A stretch of 64,000 bases of DNA, taken from Treponemataceae bacterium. Its GTDB lineage: Bacteria > Spirochaetota > Spirochaetia > Treponematales > Rectinemataceae. The notes under the pieces were generated by a model that was given only the letters and a program-made list of their open reading frames with translations, did not search any database and was not told the DNA's origin. The stretch is taken from the NCBI GenBank assembly GCA_963677895.2, contig CAXXGJ010000038.1:1-64000 (forward strand), read 5' to 3'. Of this stretch, positions 9,945 to 19,690 are shown piece by piece; the stretch's first letter is position 1, and every line of letters starts with the position of its first letter. Both the position numbers and the translations under genes were made by a program.

Positions 9945-10718
9945 GTGCGAAGCTTATTTCGTCGATTCCGTGCTTTTCTCGAATTCTTCGGCTGCGTCCT
10001 GCTATACGCTTCTTGCGGCTTCGACTGCCTTTTCGTCCACACGGTCATCGTGGAAATGCCCGAGCGTCCCGATGCCTGGTCGGGGATGGGCGCCTTATCA
10101 TATGCCGTATCCTGGAAGGACGAAGCCGGCGTGGAGCGCCTCGCCTTCGCGGGCGAAGGCGAGGCGCTCGTCCTGCGTTTGCGGCGGGGAGATCCCCAGG
10201 CGATCCTCGCTTTGCCCTCCCGAGGGCAGATGACCTTCCTGCCGGCCGGAGCCCTTTACCCCTTCGATCTCGAGCCTTCCGGCAGTGAACTGCCGTCGAC
10301 GACGCCCGATCGACTCAGCGTCGGTTTCGAATCCGGCTATGCCGCCGCCACAGCTCGATTGATAGAGAATTACGGATATGATCCATGGGTCTATCCTATC
10401 GAGAAGCTGAAATCCATCAATGAAGCGAAAAATAGAGACCCCTGGGCCGTCCCTCCCAGCAAGGCGGCGGGGATGCTTGTGGAAGGAGCCTTCAGAATCA
10501 GCGTATTTCCCGCCCCCGAGGGAAGCTTTCTTCTCCCCGGCGATGAGCGGTGGTGGCCCGAGAGTCCTTTCTGCCGGATCGATTCGGTGGCGGTGGAAGG
10601 TGCGCAAAAGGCTTGTCTATCCGAGGGAATCCATCTGTTTTTCAGCGGAGAGGAAAAACTCGTCGTCAAGGTTGAAAATCGGGAAGCCTTCCTTCAAAGG
10701 ACGATTCTCATCGAATGA
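9945..10718 (+). CDS. Hypothetical protein, possible lipoprotein
   Basis: GGAGG at 9934-9938 precedes in-frame GTG 9945. The N-terminus MRSLFRRFRAFLEFFGCVLLYAS-C resembles a spirochetal lipoprotein signal. Confidence 0.55.
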   Translation: MRSLFRRFRAFLEFFGCVLLYASCGFDCLFVHTVIVEMPERPDAWSGMGALSYAVSWKDEAGVERLAFAGEGEALVLRLRRGDPQAILALPSRGQMTFLPAGALYPFDLEPSGSELPSTTPDRLSVGFESGYAAATARLIENYGYDPWVYPIEKLKSINEAKNRDPWAVPPSKAAGMLVEGAFRISVFPAPEGSFLLPGDERWWPESPFCRIDSVAVEGAQKACLSEGIHLFFSGEEKLVVKVENREAFLQRTILIE

Positions 10719-10722
10719 TGAC

Positions 10723-11673
10723 TCAGTATTGCCGGAACTCCAGGAGGCCCGCGATGTCCTTCGTGCTGACCACGGATTTTTTCTTCATCCAGGCGGCTAT
10801 GCCGTCGAGGATGCGGAGCGGCGCTTTAGGATCAGCGAAAAGGGCCGTGCCTATCTGAACCGCCACGGCCCCGGCTAGAAGGTATTCCAGGGCATCGCTT
10901 GCCGACGCGATGCCGCCCAAGCCGATGACGGGTATCTTCACCGCATGCGCCACTTTCCAGGTGCACGCGACGCCGACCGGGCGGATGGCCGGGCCCGACA
11001 GCCCGCCCGTGCCTCTCGCGATCAGGGGCCGGCAACGTTCGGTATCGATCGCCATGCCTACAAGCGTGTTGATGCAGGATATGGCGTCGGCTCCGCCGGC
11101 TTCCGCCGCTTTGGCGATCTCCGCTATATCGGTGACATTCGGGCTGAGCTTGATGATGACCGCTCTTTTCGTAACGCGACGTATCCGCGACGTGAGATCT
11201 TCGACGAGGAAAGGATCGGTGCCGAAGGACATGCCTCCATGCGACACGTTGGGACAGGAGACGTTGATCTCGTAGGCATCCACGCCCGAGCGCCTGTCCG
11301 TTTCAGGAGCGCCAGCGAAGGCTTCGATTCCCTCGACGACGGCGAGGTAGTCTTCCTTGGTGGAACCGCCGACGTTGACGATGATAGGGCAGGTCCTCTT
11401 CGCCAGGTAGGGGAGTTTTTCCCTCAGGAAACCCCGCAGCCCCGGATTGGCCAGGCCGATGGAATTGATGAGTCCCATCGGGGTTTCCACGATGCGGGGA
11501 GGGCGGTTCCCCGCGCGCGCTTCGAGGGTAAGCGCCTTCGTGTAGAGTGCTCCCAGCCTGTCGATTTCGACGAGATCCTGATATTCCTGGCCGTAGCCGA
11601 AGGTCCCGGAGGCGACGCCAACGGGATTGGGCATGACGAGGGGGCCAATGGCGACGCTGAGATCTGGCTCCAT
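10723..11673 (-). CDS. pyrD: Dihydroorotate dehydrogenase family 1B catalytic subunit
   Basis: NPVGVASGTFG, NSIGLAN, EINVSCPN, KLSPN, GGLSGPAIRP, GLGGI. Start at MEPDL after a GGAG SD. Confidence 0.95.
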   Translation of the reverse strand: MEPDLSVAIGPLVMPNPVGVASGTFGYGQEYQDLVEIDRLGALYTKALTLEARAGNRPPRIVETPMGLINSIGLANPGLRGFLREKLPYLAKRTCPIIVNVGGSTKEDYLAVVEGIEAFAGAPETDRRSGVDAYEINVSCPNVSHGGMSFGTDPFLVEDLTSRIRRVTKRAVIIKLSPNVTDIAEIAKAAEAGGADAISCINTLVGMAIDTERCRPLIARGTGGLSGPAIRPVGVACTWKVAHAVKIPVIGLGGIASASDALEYLLAGAVAVQIGTALFADPKAPLRILDGIAAWMKKKSVVSTKDIAGLLEFRQY

Positions 11674-11675
11674 GC

Positions 11676-12524
11676 TCACTCCTTCCATTGGATGTCGCCG
11701 CTTTTGAAAACAGGGCCGTCGGCGCATGCGCGGATGTAGCCGCCCCCGGTCGCGGGCAGGACGCAGCCGTGGCAGGCTCCCACGCCGCAGGCCATCCATT
11801 GTTCCACGGAGACGTGGGCGGGTGAGCCCTCGGCGCCGGCGAAAGCGTCCAGCGCGGCCAGCATCGGACCGGGGCCGCATCCGAAATAATGCCGCCGGCC
11901 ATTATCGGTCTTTCCCGGGAGTTCATCGCGAAGGGCGTCCATGACGGTGCCGGCGTATCCTCTCGTCCCGTCGTCGGTCGCTATGTTCGCGGCCGCAAGG
12001 CTTTCGGAGAGTGTCTGGAGACCCTTGGCCGTTCCAGTGAGCCTTGATTTCAATGCCGCCTCGAAGTCGGGCACAAAACTCGATGATCTGAAGCCCAGAA
12101 CGAGACTGGGGCTGAAAACGGAGCCGCGTTTCATTGCGGAAAGCCTTGAATGAAAGAAAAGAAGGGGGCCGATCCCGATGCCGCCGCCTAAAAGAATGGG
12201 TTTTTCATCTGGCTTGGGCAAGGGGAAACTGTTGCCCAGGGCGCCGATTATATCGAGGGTTGAACCTTCCATGGTCGCGGCGAGCGCCTTGGTGCCGATT
12301 CCGCGGATTTGATAAAGCGCGTAGGCTATATTTTCGGCGAAAGCGGCGAAGGCCAGAGGTCTGCGCAGCAATCCCGAATCTCCCGGCTCCAGAGCTCTTG
12401 GCCTGAACGTGAAGAATTGCCCCGGCTCGGGAACGGGAAGGTCTTTGGGCCATTCGAATCCCAGGATCTTCCATGAAGGGGAAACCTCTCGGTTTACCGT
12501 AATCGTCGCGTCGAACTGCCTCAC
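11676..12524 (-). CDS. pyrK: Dihydroorotate dehydrogenase electron transfer subunit
   Basis: PGQF, LRRP, GGGIGIGP, CGPGPM, MACGVGACHGC...C 2Fe-2S motif. GTG 12524 chosen because a TTGACA-17-GACAAT promoter and an AGAGG SD lie just upstream. Confidence 0.92.
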   Translation of the reverse strand: MRQFDATITVNREVSPSWKILGFEWPKDLPVPEPGQFFTFRPRALEPGDSGLLRRPLAFAAFAENIAYALYQIRGIGTKALAATMEGSTLDIIGALGNSFPLPKPDEKPILLGGGIGIGPLLFFHSRLSAMKRGSVFSPSLVLGFRSSSFVPDFEAALKSRLTGTAKGLQTLSESLAAANIATDDGTRGYAGTVMDALRDELPGKTDNGRRHYFGCGPGPMLAALDAFAGAEGSPAHVSVEQWMACGVGACHGCVLPATGGGYIRACADGPVFKSGDIQWKE

Positions 12525-12617
12525 CTGAAACCTCTGGCCTGCATTGTCCGGAGAGTGGGGATTACTGTCAAGAATCACCGCTGGTCAAGACGGCGATTTT
12601 TGGGTATGGTTTTCGCA

Positions 12618-13598
12618 ATGCAGGGTTTGATCGATATTCTGACGCTTCTCTTTTTCATCTGCGGCGGAGCTCTTCTCGCCAAATTCCGCCTGGCTCCCAA
12701 GAATTCGATCGTCGATGGCATAGTGCGTTATGTCCTCTGGGCGCTTCTCTTCAGCATGGGGTTCAGGATCGGCAACAATCCGGAACTTTCAGCGAATCTT
12801 GGAACCATGGGAGTGATGGCCTTCGCCACCGCCGTCCTGGCCGTGATGGGAAGCTGTCTTGCCGTCTATGGCGCCAGCTTCGTCGTGCCGGGGCTGAGAA
12901 GGCAGGAAAAGCGAGGAAGCGGACCGCGCCCATCGGAAACAGGCGGCTCGCCCGCGTCGCGATGGTCGATGAGGGAAAGGCTCCTGGCTTTCATCGCGCA
13001 GCTGAAGGCTCCGCTGAAGCTCCTCGCTTTCGTCGTCGCCGGCCTATTGACGGGAATAATTTTGCCGCCAGCCGCCTTCGATATGGGGCGAGTGACGGGC
13101 TGGACCCTGGACGCGCTGCTCTTTTTCATCGGCATGCAGTTTATGCAATCGGGAACAAGCCTGAAAAAGACGCTCGCCAGCCCCGCCGCCCTCGTCGTCC
13201 CTTTGGCTACCATGGTGGGAACCTTGGCTTCCAGCCTTGTGCTTGTGCCTTTGTTTTCGCTTACGGCCGGCAAGGCCATGGCGCTGGCGGGGGGATTCGG
13301 CTGGTATAGTCTCTCCGGCGTTCTTATTTCCAACCTTGGCGACCCGGTATTGGGATCCGTATCATTTCTGGCGAATATGTTTCGCGAAAGTCTGGCGCTC
13401 CTGCTTATCCCTTTCCTTGGAAGAAGCAAGGTCCCTGTCATGGCCGTCAGCGTAGGCGGCGCCACATCGATGGACGTAACCTTGCCGCTCATCGAGCAAT
13501 CGGCCGGACCCTGGATAGTCCCAATAAGCTTCATGTCGGGCGCCCTGCTTTCCCTGGTCGTTCCCTTTCTTGTTCCTCTCTGCTTCAAGCTGGGCTGA
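12618..13598 (+). CDS. Lysine exporter LysO (DUF340) family protein
   Basis: Polytopic membrane protein with GFGWYSLSG, N..RE and GGATSMDVTLP motifs. Confidence 0.85.
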   Translation: MQGLIDILTLLFFICGGALLAKFRLAPKNSIVDGIVRYVLWALLFSMGFRIGNNPELSANLGTMGVMAFATAVLAVMGSCLAVYGASFVVPGLRRQEKRGSGPRPSETGGSPASRWSMRERLLAFIAQLKAPLKLLAFVVAGLLTGIILPPAAFDMGRVTGWTLDALLFFIGMQFMQSGTSLKKTLASPAALVVPLATMVGTLASSLVLVPLFSLTAGKAMALAGGFGWYSLSGVLISNLGDPVLGSVSFLANMFRESLALLLIPFLGRSKVPVMAVSVGGATSMDVTLPLIEQSAGPWIVPISFMSGALLSLVVPFLVPLCFKLG

Positions 13599-13628
13599 GG
13601 CTCACGGGGCAGTCGGCTACGTTATTCG

Positions 13629-14414
13629 CTATATCTCCGAAAGCTTTTTCTCGATTTCCTCGAGACGTTCCGAGAGGCTGCGGATAGTCTTCTCTATCCT
13701 GGCTTTTTCCTTGAATAGGCGGTCCGCGGGATCTTCCGCGTCATCGCCGCTTTTCAGAAAACCTTTGACGGAGGTCGGGCTCGCGCCGGCCGACAAAGCC
13801 TCGATAGCCTTCGTGCGTTCGTCGGCGTCATGAATACCCGATACGAAACGAAGGCTGTCCCAGCCCATCCCGGGATCGAGGCCGATCTGCTGCGCCGTCA
13901 CGGCCGCGGTGGCCGTTGCCCTGGGAACTCCCAGCACTCGTTCGATGTAGTCCTCGAACCTTGCCCTGTGGACCCGGCATAGCTGTGATGCCTGGGCGAG
14001 GAGCCTGCCGAATTCGAGCATTATCTCGCCGTTGGCCAGTATGCAGTTTTCTTTTATTGTTTTCGTCAGCTCGACGAATTCGGGCACTGTCTCGAAAATA
14101 TTCTCGTAAAAGCCCTTTTCCTGGGCTTTCTGGACCAGAACGTGAAATATTGCCCAGAATTCCTGGGTGTGCGGCCGAGACTGCTGCAAACCGCCGCGGC
14201 GAACATGATGCAGGTGGTGGGCGTATTCGTGGAGCGCCGTATAAAGCAGCTGATTGTCCGATTCGAAGTTCTTGTTATGGAGGACGATTTCGGCGTTTTC
14301 GGGCTTATAGAGTCCATTGACCTTTTTATTGGCTTTACCGGAGAAGACCAGCGTAAATGGGGTAGGGCATTCTTCGACTTCGAGCAGCATGGATTTTACT
14401 TGATCCTGGTTCAT
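13629..14414 (-). CDS. Hypothetical protein with SprT-like HExxH metallopeptidase N-terminus
   Basis: NGLY...LHEYAHHLH...PHTQEFW (HExxH plus distal H..F), followed by a helical C-terminal half and a coiled coil. Confidence 0.75.
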   Translation of the reverse strand: MNQDQVKSMLLEVEECPTPFTLVFSGKANKKVNGLYKPENAEIVLHNKNFESDNQLLYTALHEYAHHLHHVRRGGLQQSRPHTQEFWAIFHVLVQKAQEKGFYENIFETVPEFVELTKTIKENCILANGEIMLEFGRLLAQASQLCRVHRARFEDYIERVLGVPRATATAAVTAQQIGLDPGMGWDSLRFVSGIHDADERTKAIEALSAGASPTSVKGFLKSGDDAEDPADRLFKEKARIEKTIRSLSERLEEIEKKLSEI

Positions 14415-14553
14415 CGATGGCTCCCGGCCGCGCGGTAACTATGGGCGGCCGACATGCATGATAAAGCAAAAGCCCATGAACGGCAATGTTCATGGGCTTT
14501 CATATGTCATATCCGCTGGTCGCGGAATTGCCCGAAGCGGGGGGGAAGCGCTT

Positions 14554-14784
14554 TCAGCGATGCAAGGCGCGTTCGATTTCCGGCTTGTTGAAGCCGATGA
14601 TGATGCTTCCGTTGACGTCGATTACGGGAACGCCCATTTGACCGGATTTCCGCACCATCTCATCGGCCTTGTGTTGGTCCGAAGCGACATTGTATTCGGT
14701 AAAGGGTACGCCCCTCGTCTTGAAATAGTCTTTTGCCATTCTGCAGTAAGCGCAGCTAGGGGTCGAATAAAGCGTGACGGACAT
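14554..14784 (-). CDS. Glutaredoxin-like protein (NrdH/YruB family)
   Basis: LYSTPSCAYC, SGQMGVPVI, IIGF. Confidence 0.93.
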   Translation of the reverse strand: MSVTLYSTPSCAYCRMAKDYFKTRGVPFTEYNVASDQHKADEMVRKSGQMGVPVIDVNGSIIIGFNKPEIERALHR

Positions 14785-14884
14785 CGAAGCCTCCCGAGGT
14801 AGAGTCTATATATTCAAATATTAATATATAATAAGTCAATCGTCAACATTTCTTTGAGCATTAGCGATAGCATGAAGCGGGAAT

Positions 14885-16513
14885 ATGACAACCTCACGTT
14901 CCTTTTATGTGAAGAAACCGATTCTTTTTCTATTGCTTTTTCTTGTCTGCGGCGATATCCAGGGAATCCCGCAATCAGGGGAGTGCCCGCGTCAGGGCCT
15001 CGCCGGCAAAATCTCGATGGAAGGTGAAGAGGTTTTCGCGGAGATCGAGTGCTCTCTCTCCGAAACTTTAAAGCTGGCCTGCGGCATGGGGCTGGCTATA
15101 GATGGGGAGGCCATCAGAAGTCCGTATATTAAGTACAGTTCGAATGATTATGTCGCGTTCTTGGGTTCAGGCAAGGCAAATGACGGTATGGCGTTGAGGG
15201 CGAAGCCCTATAGCGTCATACCGACTCCTTCAGACAGCCTCTGGTTTGCCTGCGATGAAGGAGTGAGGAATTCGCTTCTTTTCGGATTCGGATCGGGGTG
15301 GCTTAAGCTTTTTATGCTCGCTGTACCTAAAAGTATACAAGCCGAAGCAGGTGCCTATGCCGATGCGAGCAATCTCTCAAAACTGTTCAACGAATCCTTT
15401 CGCGGCGCGGGGATCGAGTTGTCGAGAGTCGCGGAAACCCTCTCCTTCGCTTTATCCGCAAGTCTGTCCGACAGGCCTGCCGAAGCCTCGGGCGATGGCT
15501 GGCGAGCGGGAGCTTCCTTTACTCCCGGTTCCACTTTTTTTACGCTCGCTTCGGCCGCCAGGATGGCATTGGGGAGTTCTCGAGCCGGTGCCTGGATTTC
15601 CGGCAGCGCTGGGTATCTGGAAAATCCTGGTTTAGCCGCTTCGCTGGATTGGGCTTGCAGAATGCCTATGGATGTCCTCGGTTCAAATCTGGCATCCATT
15701 GGCATGAATTTTTCGGTTTTCGCGTCCGGCAAAAGCTATAGAACGGCATCCGGGGAAGTTCCTCTCTATGATTTTTGCGCCGACGCCAAGGCATCGATCA
15801 AGGGGAGTGCTTGGGATTTCGCGGCCAGAATCGTGGCGGGGTCCTTGTCGGAAGATGCTTCTTCAGGCGGAAAACAAGCCTTGATAAGAGAAGATCTAAA
15901 AGCGGCGGAAGCGTTGCTTTGGTTATGGCGGACCGATCTATTGAGCATCGCCGCTGATGCGGGGGTTGGAGCCTTCGGGCTCACCGCCAGGTTTTCCGCC
16001 GACGCCGGCGGATGGCGAAGCGGATCGCTTGCTCTCCGATACAGTAAGTCGCCTGTAGATTCCCATCGCTTGACATTCGGGGCTGCCGGCAAGCTGTCAT
16101 TTTCGAGAAGCGGCATTGCCGAAGAAGATGACGATGATGCGGCGGCGACCGAAAATGACGATGAGGAGGACTTCGCGGAAAGCGGAGGGCTGTCGCTGCG
16201 GGAGTGGCTGACAGATGGCTCCGGCGATGGCATCCGGCTTCGTTCAATCGGTGGTGAATGCGGCTTGCGGTGGAAAGACTCGGTCTCAAGAACATGGCTG
16301 GGGCAGGGAAGCGTGAAGATTGGCGTCTCGGCGAAAAGGGCGGAATCTCTTTTTTCTTTTTCGGTATCGGGAGAGCTTACCCAAAAAGTTCTGGTTTTAG
16401 GAAACCTCGCGGTGACTTTGGCGTTGAAGAGTCCGGAGGGAGGCTATGCCCTTGACGTTTTGCCTGATCGGTTTCCAAATCTGACACTGGAATTTTCCAC
16501 CGCTCGGGACTGA
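14885..16513 (+). CDS. Hypothetical secreted protein
   Basis: 542-codon ORF filling the gap, with an N-terminal hydrophobic stretch, beta-rich pattern and acidic patch. No family recognised. Confidence 0.55.
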   Translation: MTTSRSFYVKKPILFLLLFLVCGDIQGIPQSGECPRQGLAGKISMEGEEVFAEIECSLSETLKLACGMGLAIDGEAIRSPYIKYSSNDYVAFLGSGKANDGMALRAKPYSVIPTPSDSLWFACDEGVRNSLLFGFGSGWLKLFMLAVPKSIQAEAGAYADASNLSKLFNESFRGAGIELSRVAETLSFALSASLSDRPAEASGDGWRAGASFTPGSTFFTLASAARMALGSSRAGAWISGSAGYLENPGLAASLDWACRMPMDVLGSNLASIGMNFSVFASGKSYRTASGEVPLYDFCADAKASIKGSAWDFAARIVAGSLSEDASSGGKQALIREDLKAAEALLWLWRTDLLSIAADAGVGAFGLTARFSADAGGWRSGSLALRYSKSPVDSHRLTFGAAGKLSFSRSGIAEEDDDDAAATENDDEEDFAESGGLSLREWLTDGSGDGIRLRSIGGECGLRWKDSVSRTWLGQGSVKIGVSAKRAESLFSFSVSGELTQKVLVLGNLAVTLALKSPEGGYALDVLPDRFPNLTLEFSTARD

Positions 16514-16614
16514 TCTCCATTGGACGAATATTCCGATCTTGTCACGCCTACGCTTTCCGAAAAACCGTTCTGCCAGTATAGTTATAGGTATCCGCAGAAG
16601 ATGAAGGTACAGCA

Positions 16615-17232
16615 ATGCATTCAGCCTTGATTGTCGTCGACGTACAGAACGATTTTTGCCCCGGGGGCGCCCTCGCGGTTTCCCATGGCGATGAGATCAT
16701 ACCGGTAGCCAACCTGCTGCTGGAGAGAATGCCTCTATCGGTCCTTACGCAGGACTGGCATCCCAGAGGCCATGTATCCTTCGCTTCCTCGGCGGGGAAA
16801 CCGGCTTACGCCCTTGATGAAAGCGTCAGTCCCCCGCGGGTGCTCTGGCCGGATCACTGCGTGGCCGGATCGACGGGCGCGGATTTTCATCCGGGGCTCA
16901 GAACCGATCTTGCCCGGCTGATCCTTCGCAAGGGGACAAATCCCGGTCTGGACAGCTATTCCGCCTTTTTCGAGAACGATGGGGTGACCGCTACAGGGTT
17001 ATCAGGGTGGCTGGAAACGCTCGGTATCCGATCCATTGTCGTGGTTGGGCTTGCCACCGACTATTGCGTCAAGGCTACGGCCCTGGACGCGCGCAGGCTG
17101 GGGCTTGGCGTCGATATCGTCGCCGAGGGAATCAAGGCTGTCGATGCTTCCCCGGGAGATGCCGGGAAGGCCATCGAAACGATGAAAAGCGCGGGCTGCC
17201 GAGTCGTCGCGCTGAAAGAGATGATCCGATGA
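16615..17232 (+). CDS. pncA: Nicotinamidase/pyrazinamidase
   Basis: VDVQNDFCPGG, TQDWHP..H, WPDHCV, KG...DSYSAF, GLATDYCV. Confidence 0.95.
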   Translation: MHSALIVVDVQNDFCPGGALAVSHGDEIIPVANLLLERMPLSVLTQDWHPRGHVSFASSAGKPAYALDESVSPPRVLWPDHCVAGSTGADFHPGLRTDLARLILRKGTNPGLDSYSAFFENDGVTATGLSGWLETLGIRSIVVVGLATDYCVKATALDARRLGLGVDIVAEGIKAVDASPGDAGKAIETMKSAGCRVVALKEMIR

Positions 17233-18668
17233 ACGAAATAATGAACAACGCGCTTTTTACCGATTTTTACGAACTCACGATGGCCCAAGGCTACTGGAAA
17301 CGGGGAATAAACGAGCACAAGGTTGTCTTCGATTATTTTTTCCGGCGTCAGCCTTTCGCTGGAGGTTACTCGGTCTTTGCCGGTCTCGGCACCCTCCTCG
17401 AGGCGCTCGAGAATTTTCATTTTACGCAGGACGATCTGGCTTATCTGGAAACCCTCGGAATCTTCGACAAAGGTTTCCTGGATTACCTTCAGGACTTCAG
17501 GTTCAAAGGGGAGCTTCTGTCGGTCAAGGAAGGCGAGCTCATATTCCCCCAGGAACCTATCGTCCGGGTTGAGGGCGATCTTGTGCAGGCTCAGATTGTG
17601 GAAGGCCTTGTCCTCAATACCCTGAACTTCCAGAGCCTGATCGCCACGAAATCGGCGCGCATCTGGCTCGCCTCGGAAAGAGGCAGGATCATGGAATTCG
17701 GCTTGCGGCGGGCACAGGGAGCCGACGGTGCCATCTCCGCGGCCAGGGCGGCATTCATCGGCGGAGCCTATGGCACTTCGAACACTCTGGCCGGCAAGCT
17801 CTTCGGCATGCCTGTCCTGGGGACCATGGCCCATTCCTGGGTGATGACCTTCCCGTCCGAGCTGGACGCCTTCAGAGCCTACGCCGAGATCTATCCCGGC
17901 AACGCCGTTCTCCTGATCGATACGTACAACACCCTTGAGTCGGGCATCAACAACGCGATAATCGTGGGGAAGGAACTCGCGGCGAAAGGGTATTCCTTCG
18001 GCGTTCGCCTGGATTCGGGGGATATCGACTACCTCACGAGAAAGGTACGCGAAAGGCTGGACAATGCCGGCTTCCCCGATGCCAAGATCGTCGTCTCCAA
18101 TGAACTCGACGAAACCATCATCGAGCACCTGAAAAGCTCGAAAGCGCCCATCGATATGTGGGGGGTGGGAACCAAGCTGGTGACCGGCGGGGACGAGGCG
18201 GCCTTCACCGGCGTCTATAAGCTGGCGGCCATGCGAAGCGGGACTTCTGAAAAAGCGGTGATGAAGGTTTCGGATAATCCGGAAAAATCGACAAATCCCG
18301 GCAGGAAAAACCTCTACCGACTCTACGATGAAAGCGGCACAGCCCGGCTGGATCTCATAACCCTCGATGAGGAAACGCCCGAAACGGGAACCGTGATCAC
18401 CGCCAATCATCCGATGGGCGACTATCGCAAACTGACCATTCAGCCCGCCATGGTGGAACCGCTTTTATCCAAAGTGATGGAGAACGGCAAGACGGTGAGC
18501 GGTCAACCCAATCTGCGTAGCAGTCAGGAATATATGGCCAGGAGGCTGGAGTCCTTCGACACTACCTATCTCCGACAGCTGAATCCCCATGTCTACAAGG
18601 TTTCCATCTCCACGAAGCTGCGCGAACTGAAGCTGGGGCTCATCAAGAAATATCTTAAGACGAGGTAG
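17229..18668 (+). CDS. pncB: Nicotinate phosphoribosyltransferase
   Basis: TDFYELTM, EFGLRRAQ, GTMAHSW, LIDTY, VRLDSGD, GVGT. ATGA overlap with pncA. Confidence 0.95.
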   Translation: MNEIMNNALFTDFYELTMAQGYWKRGINEHKVVFDYFFRRQPFAGGYSVFAGLGTLLEALENFHFTQDDLAYLETLGIFDKGFLDYLQDFRFKGELLSVKEGELIFPQEPIVRVEGDLVQAQIVEGLVLNTLNFQSLIATKSARIWLASERGRIMEFGLRRAQGADGAISAARAAFIGGAYGTSNTLAGKLFGMPVLGTMAHSWVMTFPSELDAFRAYAEIYPGNAVLLIDTYNTLESGINNAIIVGKELAAKGYSFGVRLDSGDIDYLTRKVRERLDNAGFPDAKIVVSNELDETIIEHLKSSKAPIDMWGVGTKLVTGGDEAAFTGVYKLAAMRSGTSEKAVMKVSDNPEKSTNPGRKNLYRLYDESGTARLDLITLDEETPETGTVITANHPMGDYRKLTIQPAMVEPLLSKVMENGKTVSGQPNLRSSQEYMARRLESFDTTYLRQLNPHVYKVSISTKLRELKLGLIKKYLKTR

Positions 18669-18680
18669 GCCAAAAGGCTG

Positions 18681-19274
18681 TCAGGCTCGGCTTCGCCTCT
18701 CCGGTACCTTAAGGGCAGGGGCGAGGCCGGCCTCTATCTTGGCTTCTATCGCCTCGAGCATATCCTTGGGGTTGTCGGCGATGCAGAGATCGTCCAGCAT
18801 GGCTTTCTTCATGAACCCCTCATCCGTCATCTTCGTGAGCAGCTTTAAGAGATCGTCATAAAATCCCTTGGTGTTGATGAGGCCTACCGGCTTGGAATGG
18901 TAGCCGATGTATCGCCATGCCCACACTTCGAAGAGTTCTTCCATAGTCCCTATGCCGCCCGGCAGGGTGATGAAGGCGTCCGCCTTTTCCTGCATGAGGG
19001 CTTTGCGCTCATGCATATCCTTGACGACGAAAAGCTCGGAGAGATCCATGTGGTCCACCATTTCATTCAGGCGTACCGGGATGATCCCTATTACCTTGCC
19101 GCCTTCCTTCATGGCCGCCTCAGCCAGAATCCCCATGGTCCCTACATTGCCGCCGCCATAGACGAGGGTGATGCCCCTGCGGGCTATAAGCCTGCCCAGA
19201 TCTTCGGCCATTTCGCCGTAGACGGGCGAAGCGCCTTGCGATGAGCCACAGAATACGCATATCGAGCCGATCAT
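18681..19274 (-). CDS. LOG family protein (TIGR00730 Rossmann fold)
   Basis: VFCGS, LVYGGG..G.MG, MHERK, PGGIGTMEE. Confidence 0.93.
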   Translation of the reverse strand: MIGSICVFCGSSQGASPVYGEMAEDLGRLIARRGITLVYGGGNVGTMGILAEAAMKEGGKVIGIIPVRLNEMVDHMDLSELFVVKDMHERKALMQEKADAFITLPGGIGTMEELFEVWAWRYIGYHSKPVGLINTKGFYDDLLKLLTKMTDEGFMKKAMLDDLCIADNPKDMLEAIEAKIEAGLAPALKVPERRSRA

Positions 19275-19291
19275 GGAGATTCCTTAATTGG

Positions 19292-19323
19292 CGAGGGGCT
19301 GTCCGATGCCGGACAGCCCCTCG
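19292..19323. repeat. Perfect 14-bp GC-rich hairpin just downstream of tmRNA
   Basis: CGAGGGGCTGTCCG-ATGC-CGGACAGCCCCTCG, with no U-tract on the minus strand. Confidence 0.8.
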
Positions 19324-19331
19324 AAGGTTTG

Positions 19332-19690
19332 TGGAGGTGGGGGGAGTCGAACCCCCGTCCCCGAACGCGCACCACACGCATCTACAGGTTTGTCCATCCA
19401 TTTGGGTTGTCGAAACCAGGGGCGCGGGACGGCGCGCTCCCCCGATTCGTATTCCGGTTTGTTTTCCTTCCCGCGCCCCGGACTGCGCGGGAAGTGAGCC
19501 CCGGTCAGTTGCAGACGTTTCCGACGCTCAGGGCGGCGCATCGGGACGTCCGTCGTTCTACGCTACTTACGCGGCGAGAGCGAGATTGCCATTGTTGTTG
19601 GCAAGTAAAAGTTTGCCGAATGTTAGGAGGTCGGCGGCTCCACCTGCAACGCATGATACGGACCGCACGAGTCGAAACCAGTGCACCCCC
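19332..19690 (-). ncRNA. ssrA: tmRNA; tag peptide (A)ANNNGNLALAA
   Basis: 5' end GGGGGTGCACTGGTTTCGAC, 3' T-arm GGGGGTTCGACTCCCCC and acceptor CACCTCCA with the G3.U pair. Tag ORF 19602-19567 ends in ALAA*. Promoter TTGACG-18-TACTAT at 19733-19704. Confidence 0.97.

Noticed and set aside
19275..19340. Possible integrative element at the tmRNA 3' end
   Set aside because: No integrase and no duplicated ssrA 3' end were seen, so the site appears empty.
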